A stretch of 63,435 nt of DNA, counting the filler, from Actinomycetota bacterium (GTDB lineage: Bacteria > Actinomycetota > Actinomycetes > JAKEEW01): the NCBI GenBank assembly GCA_046725875.1. It is 5 parts of 5 records of this genome, joined end to end, with 100 filler letters (N's around TTAATTAATTAA, not from the genome) between each part and the next. Parts side by side here need not be neighbours in the genome. Positions count along the whole stretch, not along the records: positions 1 to 29,212 come from JBKOZJ010000087.1; 4 more parts are not named here. The stretch is one strand, 5' to 3'. The position numbers were made by a program, and so were the translations under genes. Shown one piece after another: positions 1 to 8,676 of the stretch (the first letter of the stretch is position 1; each line of letters starts with the position of its first letter). The notes under the pieces were generated by a model that searched no databases, was not told where the DNA came from, and worked only from the letters and a program-made list of their open reading frames with translations.

Positions 1-1934
1 GCGCCGCGCACCTGATCGGCGACGAGATCCGTCGAGTACGGCCGGTCGAGCGCCGCCCAGTATGACTCCCCGAAGGGTGTCGTACTCGACAGGAGGGCGA
101 TGGCGAAGAACGCGTGGAGGGCCATGGCGGCAAAGAGCACGACGATCTTCAGCAGCGGCTGCACGCGGCGGGGCTGCGGGTCGACTCCCACGAGGACCCA
201 GAAGAACAGCAGGCCGACGGCGAGGAAGTGTACCTCCATCGCGATGTGGCCGAGGTGGCTGCCCATCAGGCCGGCGAACAGCCCGGTGAAGTAGAACCCG
301 TAGAGGCTGCCTATGAACAACGCGACCGCGACGACCGGATGCGATAGAGCCGCGACGGGCCGCGAGTGCAGGATGCGTAGCAGCACCTGCCGCGGGCTCA
401 GGTCGCCGGGCACCCGAGGTCCTGGGAGGGTCCGGATGGCCAGCGTCAGCGGCGCGCCGAGGACGAGCGGAATCGGCGCCACCATCGACAGCGCCATGTG
501 CGCGGTCATGTGCGCGCTGAAGAGCACGTGTGCGTAGAGACCAAGGCCGCCGCAGGTGGCGTACAAGACGATTGCGAGGCCGCCGTACCACGCGATCGTC
601 CGCCCGACCGGCCACCGGACGCCGCGGCGGCGCAGTGACAGCACCCCGGTGGCGTAAAGCGCTCCGGCGAGCCCGACCAGCGCGAGCATGAAGCCGCTGG
701 GGGTGAAGCTGAAGAGGTAACGCGCGAGCGTGGGTTCCGGCGGCAACGGGAAGCCGATCAGGTCTGCGGCGGGGGTCGCGGCCGCGCTCTCGGTGACCGG
801 TGTGGGGCTGCGAGACAGGCCAACCGCGAGCGCGACGGTCGCGAGCATCACGGTCAGCTCGGCCGATGCGAGCCGGAGAAAGCCACGACGGACGCGTTCC
901 GGGCGGGCGGCCTTCGCCTCGTGGCCGTCCTCCGGCGGCCAGCCGGTGCTGGCGCCGCGCGCGCCATCACGGAGAGCTGCGAAGCGGCCGACCGTCGAAC
1001 GGCGGTGCCGCCATCCGAAGGCGCCGAGGATGCCGAGCGCGACCGCCTTGGCGACGACGAGCGTTCCGTAGGAGGTGCCGAACAGGTTGTCCAGGCTTCC
1101 GAGCCGCACGGCGGCGTTGGCTACGCCGCTGATCCCGACGGCGGCGAAACACCATCCGGCGAGGGTGGAGTAACGCGGCACCGCGTATGGCAGCGCCTTG
1201 GACCCGTGGGTCGCCGCCCAGCAGAGGGCGCCGAGGCCACCGATCCAGAGCGCCACCCCGAGCACGTGGACCAGCAGGCTCGCAATGGCGAGGTCATGGC
1301 TGCCCGCGCCAGCCGCGTGACCGGTAAGCGCCTGTGGCACGAAGGCGCCCAGCGCGAGCGCAAGGGCGAGGAGCCCGACCCGGGGGCTGAGGACCCAGGG
1401 CACGCACAGCGCGACCGTGGCCGCGAGCACGGCCTGTACGAGCAGAGACGTGCCGAACGAGGTCTGGGTCAGGAAGCTGCGCAAGCCCGAGCCGGAGATC
1501 GTCGAATGCAACGGCTCACCGATGATGTCCGCGGCGGTAAACAGCGTCTCGGCGAGGATGAGCGCCGTCCACGCGGCGGCGAGTACGGCCGCCCACCGGA
1601 GGCTGCGGAGCTGAAGGCTCCACAGTTCACCGTTGCGCGACGGCAGCAGGACCGCTCCCGCCAGGATGAAGCCGACGGTCGCCATGCCCGCGGCATCGGC
1701 AAGCAGCCGGATGACAGGCAAGCCCCAGCCGACCACGGGTCCGGGGTCGGGCAGCCCGGCGGGGGATGGCTCGTAGGCGCCGTCGCCCACGACCAGAACG
1801 GCTATAAGGATCAGTAGGGAGACCGCGGCGCTGAGCGAGGCCCATCGGATGATCGTCCGGTCGGCCCGGCGCGGCCGGTCGCGGTCGGGCGGCATAACCG
1901 CCGTCCGGGCCGACTCGATGGCCGGATCCGTCAC
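1..1934 (-). CDS. CopD-CtaG fusion (copper resistance D / cytochrome c oxidase caa3 assembly factor); 3' end runs off the window
   Basis: Not in the ORF track. Hand translation gives GLPDPGPVVGWGLPVIRLLAD near the N-terminus, HVLFSAHMTAHMALSMVAPIPLVLGAP near 450-530 and MALHAFFAIA near 100. GGAGG RBS before GTG at 1934, overlapping the copC stop (GTGA). Confidence 0.88.
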   Translation of the reverse strand, partial: MTDPAIESARTAVMPPDRDRPRRADRTIIRWASLSAAVSLLILIAVLVVGDGAYEPSPAGLPDPGPVVGWGLPVIRLLADAAGMATVGFILAGAVLLPSRNGELWSLQLRSLRWAAVLAAAWTALILAETLFTAADIIGEPLHSTISGSGLRSFLTQTSFGTSLLVQAVLAATVALCVPWVLSPRVGLLALALALGAFVPQALTGHAAGAGSHDLAIASLLVHVLGVALWIGGLGALCWAATHGSKALPYAVPRYSTLAGWCFAAVGISGVANAAVRLGSLDNLFGTSYGTLVVAKAVALGILGAFGWRHRRSTVGRFAALRDGARGASTGWPPEDGHEAKAARPERVRRGFLRLASAELTVMLATVALAVGLSRSPTPVTESAAATPAADLIGFPLPPEPTLARYLFSFTPSGFMLALVGLAGALYATGVLSLRRRGVRWPVGRTIAWYGGLAIVLYATCGGLGLYAHVLFSAHMTAHMALSMVAPIPLVLGAPLTLAIRTLPGPRVPGDLSPRQVLLRILHSRPVAALSHPVVAVALFIGSLYGFYFTGLFAGLMGSHLGHIAMEVHFLAVGLLFFWVLVGVDPQPRRVQPLLKIVVLFAAMALHAFFAIALLSSTTPFGESYWAALDRPYSTDLVADQVRG

Positions 1935-2596
1935 TGGTTCCTCCGATGCCGTGGCTGCCGAGCGGAGGCACCGTCCGGGCCGGCCTCGGTCGGGCCAGGG
2001 GATGTGGGCTCCGCGTCGTATTCACGGTCTTTCCTCAACGCGATGAACGCCGCGACGAGCGCGGCGGCAACGAGGATGCCGAGTGCAACGAGGTGACCGC
2101 GGTGTCCACTGCCGCTCTCGCTGCCCGACGACCCCCCGGGAGCAGCGCTCCCGGCCGCCGTGGGCGCGCTGCCCGCCGCGGCTGCCCCGTCGTTGGCCGG
2201 GGCGAACATGAACGACACCTGGCCGGAGACGGGGTGTGCGTCATCGGAAGCGACGCGGTAGGAAACCGTGTACCACCCTGGATCATTCAGCTGATCGAGC
2301 GGCTGGGTGACGGTATCCTGCCGGATCTGGGCGCGGCCGTGTTCCAGGTGCGTACCGTCCGGGGCCATCACGACGAGCGTCGCGGGCGGGCGCACGGCCT
2401 CGCTGAAGGCAAGCTCGATCTCGGTTGGAGCTTCGGTGACGGTAGCGCGGTCTGCTGGCTTGGACGATGTCAGCGACGCGTGTGCCGAAGCCGGGCCGGC
2501 GAGAGCTGCGGCCAAGCTGAGCCAGGCGACCGCCAGGGCGGCGGCCGTCGCAGCTACCCGCCTCGTTTCGGTCCACGCTGTGTGCTTTGCTCGCAC
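1931..2596 (-). CDS. copC: CopC copper resistance protein with C-terminal membrane anchor
   Basis: Signal peptide ending ASA-HASL (N-terminal His), YTVSYRVASDDAHPVSG motif, C-terminal TM helix; GAGGA RBS before GTG at 2596. Confidence 0.88.
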   Translation of the reverse strand: MRAKHTAWTETRRVAATAAALAVAWLSLAAALAGPASAHASLTSSKPADRATVTEAPTEIELAFSEAVRPPATLVVMAPDGTHLEHGRAQIRQDTVTQPLDQLNDPGWYTVSYRVASDDAHPVSGQVSFMFAPANDGAAAAGSAPTAAGSAAPGGSSGSESGSGHRGHLVALGILVAAALVAAFIALRKDREYDAEPTSPGPTEAGPDGASARQPRHRRNQ

Positions 2597-2780
2597 ATAT
2601 TCCTCGCATGGTGATTTCGAACATCCGGCCCTATGCAGGCCAACCGAGAACTGCTCTCGACCCCAGTCATGCGCCAGGCGACATGCTATGCCGGACCGGG
2701 CTCCTGGACGGGCAGTGACCGGTTCCCGCCGCCGCGCCGTAGCCTGGACCGCGAGGTCAGTCAGGGGAAGGGGAGCCGAA

Positions 2781-3203
2781 ATGTCCGCCACCCTCGATCT
2801 GTCCTCGCATGCGGGACGCCATGCAGCGGACCGGCTGAACACAGACCTGATCGCATGGCTCACGACAGTCCGGCCGAGCGGGCAGCCGGATACCGTGCCC
2901 GTCTGGTTCCTCTGGCAGGACGGCGGCATCCTCATCTACAGCCAGCCCAACCGCCCGAAGCTGCGCAACATCGCGGGGAACTCGCGGGTGTCGCTCGTTC
3001 TCGATGATACCGACAAAGGGCACGACGTGGTTCGAATCGAAGGGACCGCGCAGGTCGTCGACGCGCAGCCGGCCGCAAGCGAGGTCAAGGAGTACGTGCG
3101 GAAGTACACCAGCGACATACGGTCGTCATTCGGTACGCCCGGAGTCTTCGCTCGCAGCTATTCCGTGCCGATCGTCGTCACGCCGACGAAAATCCAGGCC
3201 TGA
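2781..3203 (+). CDS. PPOX-class F420-dependent oxidoreductase (Rv3369-like)
   Basis: WLTTVRPSGQP..PVWF, YSQP..KLRNI..N.RVSL motifs; RBS before ATG 2781. Confidence 0.85.
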   Translation: MSATLDLSSHAGRHAADRLNTDLIAWLTTVRPSGQPDTVPVWFLWQDGGILIYSQPNRPKLRNIAGNSRVSLVLDDTDKGHDVVRIEGTAQVVDAQPAASEVKEYVRKYTSDIRSSFGTPGVFARSYSVPIVVTPTKIQA

Positions 3204-3226
3204 CCGAAGCACCGCTACATCTACGC

Positions 3227-3254
3227 GCCGAGCGCCGCGGGCGCGGCGCTCGGC
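3227..3254. terminator. GC-rich hairpin between convergent PPOX and hsp20 genes
   Basis: GCCGAGCGCCGC / GCGGCGCTCGGC perfect 12-bp stem with 4-nt loop. Confidence 0.55.
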
Positions 3255-3271
3255 AAGACCGGTGAGTGACT

Positions 3272-3703
3272 CTACCCCCGACTGATGGGGATCTTGTGGC
3301 TCGCCGACTTGGACTCCTCCTTGAGGGGGACCGTGATCGTCACGATGCCGTCCTTGTAGGACGCCGAGATGTTGCCCTCGTCGGCGCCGCGGGGGAGCTG
3401 GATCGTGCGACTGAAGGAGCCATAGCGGAACTCGGACCGGTTCTTCTCGACCGAGCGCTCGGAACGTTCGGCCCGCAGCGTGAGCAGCCCGTCGCTGATG
3501 CTGACGTCGAGATCACGCTCGGGATCGATGCCGGGAATCTCAGCCTTCAGTACGTAGCGGCCCTCCTCCTCGGATTCCTCTATCCGGATGCCGTGCATGC
3601 CGCGGGGCGTCCGCCAGAACGGCATCGCGGGCAGCATCTCGTCGAACCAGTCGAATACGTCCGGCAGGCGCGATGTCTGCCGTCGGGCGGGTGGCATGGC
3701 CAT
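3272..3703 (-). CDS. Hsp20/alpha-crystallin small heat shock protein
   Basis: AEIPGIDP, SEFRYGSFSRTIQLP, ASYKDGIVTI; GGAGG RBS. Confidence 0.93.
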   Translation of the reverse strand: MAMPPARRQTSRLPDVFDWFDEMLPAMPFWRTPRGMHGIRIEESEEEGRYVLKAEIPGIDPERDLDVSISDGLLTLRAERSERSVEKNRSEFRYGSFSRTIQLPRGADEGNISASYKDGIVTITVPLKEESKSASHKIPISRG

Positions 3704-3894
3704 CCTGAACCGCCTCCTCCGATCGAATTGACGTTACTGGTCCTCGTGGTCTACGCCGAAGAGGTCGACTTGGATGTGGTCCTGCCGGAAGCCTAGCCCC
3801 CGAACTTAAACACCCTTCCCAGCCCACCCGTCCATCATGCGACTTCACCATGGCTAGAGTCAGATCGCGCATTTGATCCACGAGAGGAGGCGGG

Positions 3895-4308
3895 GTGGCG
3901 GACGACCGGCCGGACGTGCGACAGCTGCGAGTGGTCGTAACGGCCGGGGATTATGACGACGCCGTGCGCTTCTACCGTGATGTCCTCGGGCTCATCGAGC
4001 GCGAGGCCTACACCAGCCCTGATGGTCGGGTGACGATCCTCGACGCCGGCCGTGCCACGCTCGAGATCGCCGACGAGAACCAGGCCGACTACATCGACCG
4101 GGTGGAAGTCGGCCGGCGGGTCGCGGGGCACATCCGGATTGCCTTCGAGGTCGCGGACTCCAGCTCGGCGACCCGGCTGCTCGCGGCCGCCGGCGGGCAA
4201 GTCGTCGCCGAACCAACCGTTACTCCGTGGCGGTCGCTCAACTCGCGCCTGGAAGGACCCGCCGGTCTCCAGCTAACCCTCTTCGAAGAGCTCGACGAGT
4301 CGGGCTGA
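3895..4308 (+). CDS. VOC/glyoxalase family protein
   Basis: LRVVVTA.DYD.A.RFYRDVLGL, TPWRSLNSRL, LQLTLF. Confidence 0.88.
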   Translation: MADDRPDVRQLRVVVTAGDYDDAVRFYRDVLGLIEREAYTSPDGRVTILDAGRATLEIADENQADYIDRVEVGRRVAGHIRIAFEVADSSSATRLLAAAGGQVVAEPTVTPWRSLNSRLEGPAGLQLTLFEELDESG

Positions 4309-4380
4309 CCCGGCCGGTCGCCGTATCCCGGGTCGATCCGGGGCCGGAATTGTTTGGGCCCGGCCGGGCAAGGGCCAGCA

Positions 4381-5511
4381 GTGCTGGTCGAGGACGTTCG
4401 ACGGATCGCTGTGCTGCGAGCCAGCGGCATCGGCGACTACATCGTCTGCCTCCCTGCACTCGACGCGGTCCGCAAGGCATACCCGCAGGCCGAGGTGATG
4501 CTCCTCGGCCAGCGGTGGCACGCGAGCTTTCTCACGGGCCGGCCCGGCCCGGTCGACCGGGTCGTGCCGCTTCCCCGGATCCCCGGTGTAACAGCATCAG
4601 AGGGGGCAACTGCCGAGCCATCTCGGATCCGGCGCTTCCTCACCTGGCTGCGCGGGCAGCGCCTCGACCTCGCGATCCAGCTGCACGGCGGCGGCCGCTA
4701 CTCGAACCCGCTGATCCGCCAGAGCGGCGCCGGCCTCACCGCGGGGCTGCGGGCGCCCGATGCGGAGCCGCTCGACCGCTGGGTCCGCTACACGCACTAC
4801 CAGCACGAGGTCGTCCGCTTCCTCGAGTCGGTGGCGCTTGTGGGGGCGGCGCCGGTCGGGCTTTCGCCACGGGTCGCCGTGACCGACCATGACCGATTTG
4901 AGCTGAGCCGGCTCGAGCCGCTGCCCGAGCGACTGGTTGCCGTACATCCTGGAGCCCGCGACCCACGACGGCGATGGCCGCTGCAACGGCTCGCCGCCGT
5001 CGCGGACGGGCTCGCCGCCAGTGGCTACCAGATCGTGGTGACCGCTGCGGCGACCGAGCGGCCGATCGCCAGCGAGCTGCTCGAGCACATGCGACAACCG
5101 GCGGGCAACCTGGCCGGCCGGTTGAGCCTCGGTGGGTTGGCCGCGCTCTTCGAGCGCTGCAGTCTGATGGTCGGGAACGACTCTGGCCCCCGCCACCTCG
5201 CCGAAGCGGTGGGCGCGCCGACTGTCTCCGTCTACTGGTGCGGCAACCTGCTAAACGCGGGCCCGCTCGTCCGTGCCCGCCATCGTCCACTGACCTCCTG
5301 GACCACAAGATGTCCCGAGTGCGGGATCGACTGCGTACGGGCGGACGCGGACGCGGTTCGCTGTGACCATACCGTCTCGTTCGTCGCCGACGTGACGGTC
5401 GATCAGGTTCTCGACGCGGCCCGCGACCTGCTGGTCACGATCGATGGCGAGCCAGCGGCGACCGGCCAAGCGGATGGACCGGGCGGGCTGGACCGAGTGA
5501 GCGGCTCCTAG
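4381..5511 (+). CDS. Glycosyltransferase family 9 (heptosyltransferase-like)
   Basis: LRASGIGD, DLAIQLHGGG, HPGA....RRWP, GNDSGPRHLAEAVG. Start uncertain (TTG 4354 or GTG 4381). Confidence 0.88.
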   Translation: MLVEDVRRIAVLRASGIGDYIVCLPALDAVRKAYPQAEVMLLGQRWHASFLTGRPGPVDRVVPLPRIPGVTASEGATAEPSRIRRFLTWLRGQRLDLAIQLHGGGRYSNPLIRQSGAGLTAGLRAPDAEPLDRWVRYTHYQHEVVRFLESVALVGAAPVGLSPRVAVTDHDRFELSRLEPLPERLVAVHPGARDPRRRWPLQRLAAVADGLAASGYQIVVTAAATERPIASELLEHMRQPAGNLAGRLSLGGLAALFERCSLMVGNDSGPRHLAEAVGAPTVSVYWCGNLLNAGPLVRARHRPLTSWTTRCPECGIDCVRADADAVRCDHTVSFVADVTVDQVLDAARDLLVTIDGEPAATGQADGPGGLDRVSGS

Positions 5512-5843
5512 TCCCCATCGCGTTCCAGGTGGAAGAAGTTGCTCTCGCCTCCACCGGCCCGGCTCTCCTGATAAATGAAGTGGACGTCCCGCTCGTCGAA
5601 CGACCGGAACCAGTCATCCCACGATGTCGCCTGAAGATCCGCGCCCCCGTAGCCAGGGAAGTCGAAGGTGAGTACTCCCGGCCGGTCGCCGTGCTCGGTT
5701 CCTGGGGCGGTAGCGGGCTTGGCGCCTCGGTTCTCCGCCCACTGCGTGATCACGTCGTGGTTGGTCGTGACCAGGGTCTCCCCGGGTCGCTGCTCGTGCT
5801 CGTCCGGGGACCGGATCTCTCGACGGCTCGAGTTCTTGGCCAT
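5508..5843 (-). CDS. Conserved hypothetical protein (TT.HD.I..WAE.RG..PA family)
   Basis: TTNHDVITQWAENRGAKPA, SWDDWFRSFD, F.YQ...SNF motifs; GAGGAG RBS before ATG 5843. Confidence 0.78.
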   Translation of the reverse strand: MAKNSSRREIRSPDEHEQRPGETLVTTNHDVITQWAENRGAKPATAPGTEHGDRPGVLTFDFPGYGGADLQATSWDDWFRSFDERDVHFIYQESRAGGGESNFFHLERDGD

Positions 5844-5943
5844 CGTCTCTCCTCGGTCGTGGTCGCCTCCTTCGCCTGGGTACCCACCGAGCGCGACCGA
5901 AACGTCCGCCGCCCGGACGCTACTGGCCGACTGGCGCGCGCCG

Positions 5944-7050
5944 TCACGCGGTTGACAGGGTAAGAACGCCGTCGTCGAGGCCGATGCGAGAGTGGAACGG
6001 GCTGCTAATCCGGTCAAGGATCTCCCGGAGCCAGGCGCGATCGGCTCCCGACGGGTGGCACAGGCGCATTTGACGGGCTTGCATCGGCACCATCCGGAGC
6101 TCGGCCAGCTCACCGGTTTCCGTGCTCAATGTCGGCAGGTAGATCAGACGAAGATCGTCACGGTAATTCTCGAACCCACGGATCCCCTCGTAATCGTCGA
6201 TCAGGTCGCCACAGCCGTAGAGGATGAGCTTGCCGAGATACTCCTCGACTGGCCGTGGATGGTGGGACGAGTGACCATGTACGACGTCGATGCCGTAGTC
6301 CACCAGCCAATGCGCGAAGCGGAACTGCTCCCTCGACACCTCATAACCCCAGTTCGAACCCCAATGGATCGAGACGACGGTGATGTCACCCGGGCGTTTC
6401 ATCGTCCGCACCTGCTCGGCGACGTGTTCCACGGTCGCCTCCTTGAGGTCGGGCAGGAGGTTGACGCCGGGCCGGTCCTGGCCCGCCGCCCAACCTGGCG
6501 GGATCCCACTCGACTCTGCACCGAACGACGCCACGACGATCCGCGCTCCGTCGGACTCGACCAGGGCTGGCCGCTGCGACCCCATCCGGTCCTCACCCGC
6601 CCCAACCGGCTGGATTCCGGCGTCCGTTAGCGTGTCCCGGGTTTCGACCAGCCCGCCCGGCCCGAAGTCGAGCACATGGTTGTTGGCAAGCACGCACACG
6701 TCTAGCTGCGCGACCGTTAGGCAGCCGATATTGCGCGGGCTCATCCGATAGTGAACGGCCTTTCCCGGGGCGAAGTCGTCGCTCTCGGTGATGCTGGTCT
6801 CGAGGTTCACGATCCGGGCGGCAGGCTCCGCCTCGTCAAGGACCTCCAGCGCGTCGCCCCAGATCCATTCGTCGTGAACCGGGCGCTCGATATGTCCGTT
6901 TACCGCCTCGGCCAGGTCGACGTACGTGCGTGCATCCCGCACGAATCGTTCGCGGAGGGTTGGAGTGCCGGGATACGACAGGATCTGGTCGACGCCGCGG
7001 GCGGTAACCACGTCCCCGCCGAGGAACAAGGTCAGAAGCTTATCGGCCAT
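5944..7050 (-). CDS. CapA family (PGA_cap) metallophosphoesterase-fold protein
   Basis: GGDV..ARG, NLET, LANNHVLDFG, SIHWG, HGHSSHHPR, YGCGD.IDDYEG. Confidence 0.9.
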   Translation of the reverse strand: MADKLLTLFLGGDVVTARGVDQILSYPGTPTLRERFVRDARTYVDLAEAVNGHIERPVHDEWIWGDALEVLDEAEPAARIVNLETSITESDDFAPGKAVHYRMSPRNIGCLTVAQLDVCVLANNHVLDFGPGGLVETRDTLTDAGIQPVGAGEDRMGSQRPALVESDGARIVVASFGAESSGIPPGWAAGQDRPGVNLLPDLKEATVEHVAEQVRTMKRPGDITVVSIHWGSNWGYEVSREQFRFAHWLVDYGIDVVHGHSSHHPRPVEEYLGKLILYGCGDLIDDYEGIRGFENYRDDLRLIYLPTLSTETGELAELRMVPMQARQMRLCHPSGADRAWLREILDRISSPFHSRIGLDDGVLTLSTA

Positions 7051-7122
7051 CGCCCTCACCGAGATCCTCCACATGCCCGCCCACGTTCCGGATCGCCCGT
7101 GCTCGCCGGGCGGTCGGCCAAC

Positions 7123-7566
7123 CTACCGCTGGTAAAGGCCGACGAGAGTGGCGCTGGCCAGCTCGCCGGCCTCGGCGTCCTTCCGCAGCTGGTCTGCGCT
7201 GAACCCCATGGCCAGGCCGGTCGGCTCGCGCAGCGCGTGCAGACGGAAGAAGTAGCGGTGCGCCGGGTCGCCCGGCGGAGGCTGCGGACCGTCCCAGCCG
7301 ATGCCGCCGAAGTCGTTGCGACCGAGAACCGCTCCCTGCGGCGTCTCGCCGGCGCTAAATGAGGTTGTCGAGGTGCTGATCCCGACCACCAGCCAGTGGA
7401 CGAACGTCCCGCGTGGTGCGTCCGGATCCTCGCAGATCAGAGCTAGCTCCGCGGTACCGTCGGGGACTTCGGACCACTCCAGCGGGGGTGAGACGTTGTC
7501 GCCATCCCGTGCGTAGCGTCCCGGGATCGGCGTGTGATCAGTGAAGGCGCTGCTCCGAAGATCCAT
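7123..7566 (-). CDS. YbhB/YbcL PEBP (Raf kinase inhibitor-like) protein
   Basis: SPPL.W, DPDAP..TFVHW, GP.PP.G..HRY.F; GAGGAGG RBS. Confidence 0.92.
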   Translation of the reverse strand: MDLRSSAFTDHTPIPGRYARDGDNVSPPLEWSEVPDGTAELALICEDPDAPRGTFVHWLVVGISTSTTSFSAGETPQGAVLGRNDFGGIGWDGPQPPPGDPAHRYFFRLHALREPTGLAMGFSADQLRKDAEAGELASATLVGLYQR

Positions 7567-7713
7567 CGCTACCTCCTCGCATGGCGTTGCTTCTGGTTCC
7601 GGCCAGATCAGCCGTTCCCACAGATCGGCGACGTATCCATTCGCCCTCATCCCAGCAGTTCAGGTTCGACCCTGCGGGGTACTCGTAGTGTCCGCGTTTG
7701 AGAGGAGGGCGTC

Positions 7714-7866
7714 ATGCCAGCCCGTGCCGGCGAGCGAGCCCGCGAAACGGGAACATTCCACTGCGCGAAATGCGGGGCGAAGATGAACGTGAACAAGGGG
7801 GAGAAGATCCCGAAGTGCCCGAACGGCCACACCGCTTTTGAAAGCCGTACCGGCGAGCCGCGTTGA
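7714..7866 (+). CDS. 50-aa zinc-ribbon small protein (below the ORF-track cutoff)
   Basis: MPARAGERARETGTFHCAKCGAKMNVNKGEKIPKCPNGHTAFESRTGEPR; AGGAGG RBS; CxxC...CxxxH; stop overlaps the next start (TTGA). Confidence 0.78.
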   Translation: MPARAGERARETGTFHCAKCGAKMNVNKGEKIPKCPNGHTAFESRTGEPR

Positions 7867-8558
7867 TCGAACCTGTGAGTTCGCTCCCCGACGAGTCGCT
7901 CGAGGAAGTCGTTTCCGACCTTCTCGGCAACGACCGCCGAACCGCCGGCCTCGACCTCAAGGTGCGTTTTGATGGTGGGGTCGCGCACATTGAAGGTGAG
8001 GTCGACTCCGCGCGCGACCGCGACCTTGTCCGGGAGCTGGTCGGCCGGCTCCGTGGGGTGAACGCGGTGTGGGAGCGGCTGCGGGTGGCCGGCGTCGAGC
8101 CGCGCATTGTGGACCTCGGCTGTGGCGTCACAAAACAGCATCCGTCGAATGTCGGCGTTGACATTGTCGCCAGTGAAGCGACCGATGTCATTGCGGATCT
8201 AAGCGCCGGGATCCCGCTTGCGGACGCGTCCGTCGATCAGGTCTTTGCCGTGCATGTGCTCGAGCACCTCATCGACTACCGACCGCTCCTCGCCGACTGC
8301 CACCGGGTGCTGCGCGACGGCGGCGTACTGCATGTCCTGGTTCCGTGGTGGCGTCATGTGAATGCGGTCGCCGACCCGACGCACCTGCGGCTGTTCGACG
8401 TGCAGACATTCAAGTATGTCTGCCAAGCGCGGGCCGGGATCGCCCCGTGGTATCCGCTGCTCGTCGCCAGGGACGACGCGACGGTATTCGCTGACCTGAC
8501 TCCGGTGAACGGCGACCAGCCGTCGGACCCGGCCCGGCTGGCCCGGTTCTTCGCCTAG
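7863..8558 (+). CDS. BON domain + class I SAM-dependent methyltransferase fusion
   Basis: N-terminal BON-like (V..GVAHIEGEV...GVNAV), then VDLGCG motif I and HVLEH...HRVL..GG.L. Confidence 0.8.
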   Translation: MIEPVSSLPDESLEEVVSDLLGNDRRTAGLDLKVRFDGGVAHIEGEVDSARDRDLVRELVGRLRGVNAVWERLRVAGVEPRIVDLGCGVTKQHPSNVGVDIVASEATDVIADLSAGIPLADASVDQVFAVHVLEHLIDYRPLLADCHRVLRDGGVLHVLVPWWRHVNAVADPTHLRLFDVQTFKYVCQARAGIAPWYPLLVARDDATVFADLTPVNGDQPSDPARLARFFA

Positions 8559-8676
8559 GCCGGCCGGTCATTTTTCGTCGTGGCCCGGAGCCCGCTCGGG
8601 CGGCTCGCTACCATGCGGCGGACGCTTGGGGCCGCATTCCGCCGGCCAAAAGACCGGGCCGTGCCGCTGGTTCCCG

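Noticed and set aside
921..1817. Long antisense or alternate-frame ORFs in the track (e.g. 921-1817, 16509-17645, 55682-56932, 62664-63386)
   Set aside because: They overlap well-supported genes on the opposite strand; expected with GC-rich codon bias.
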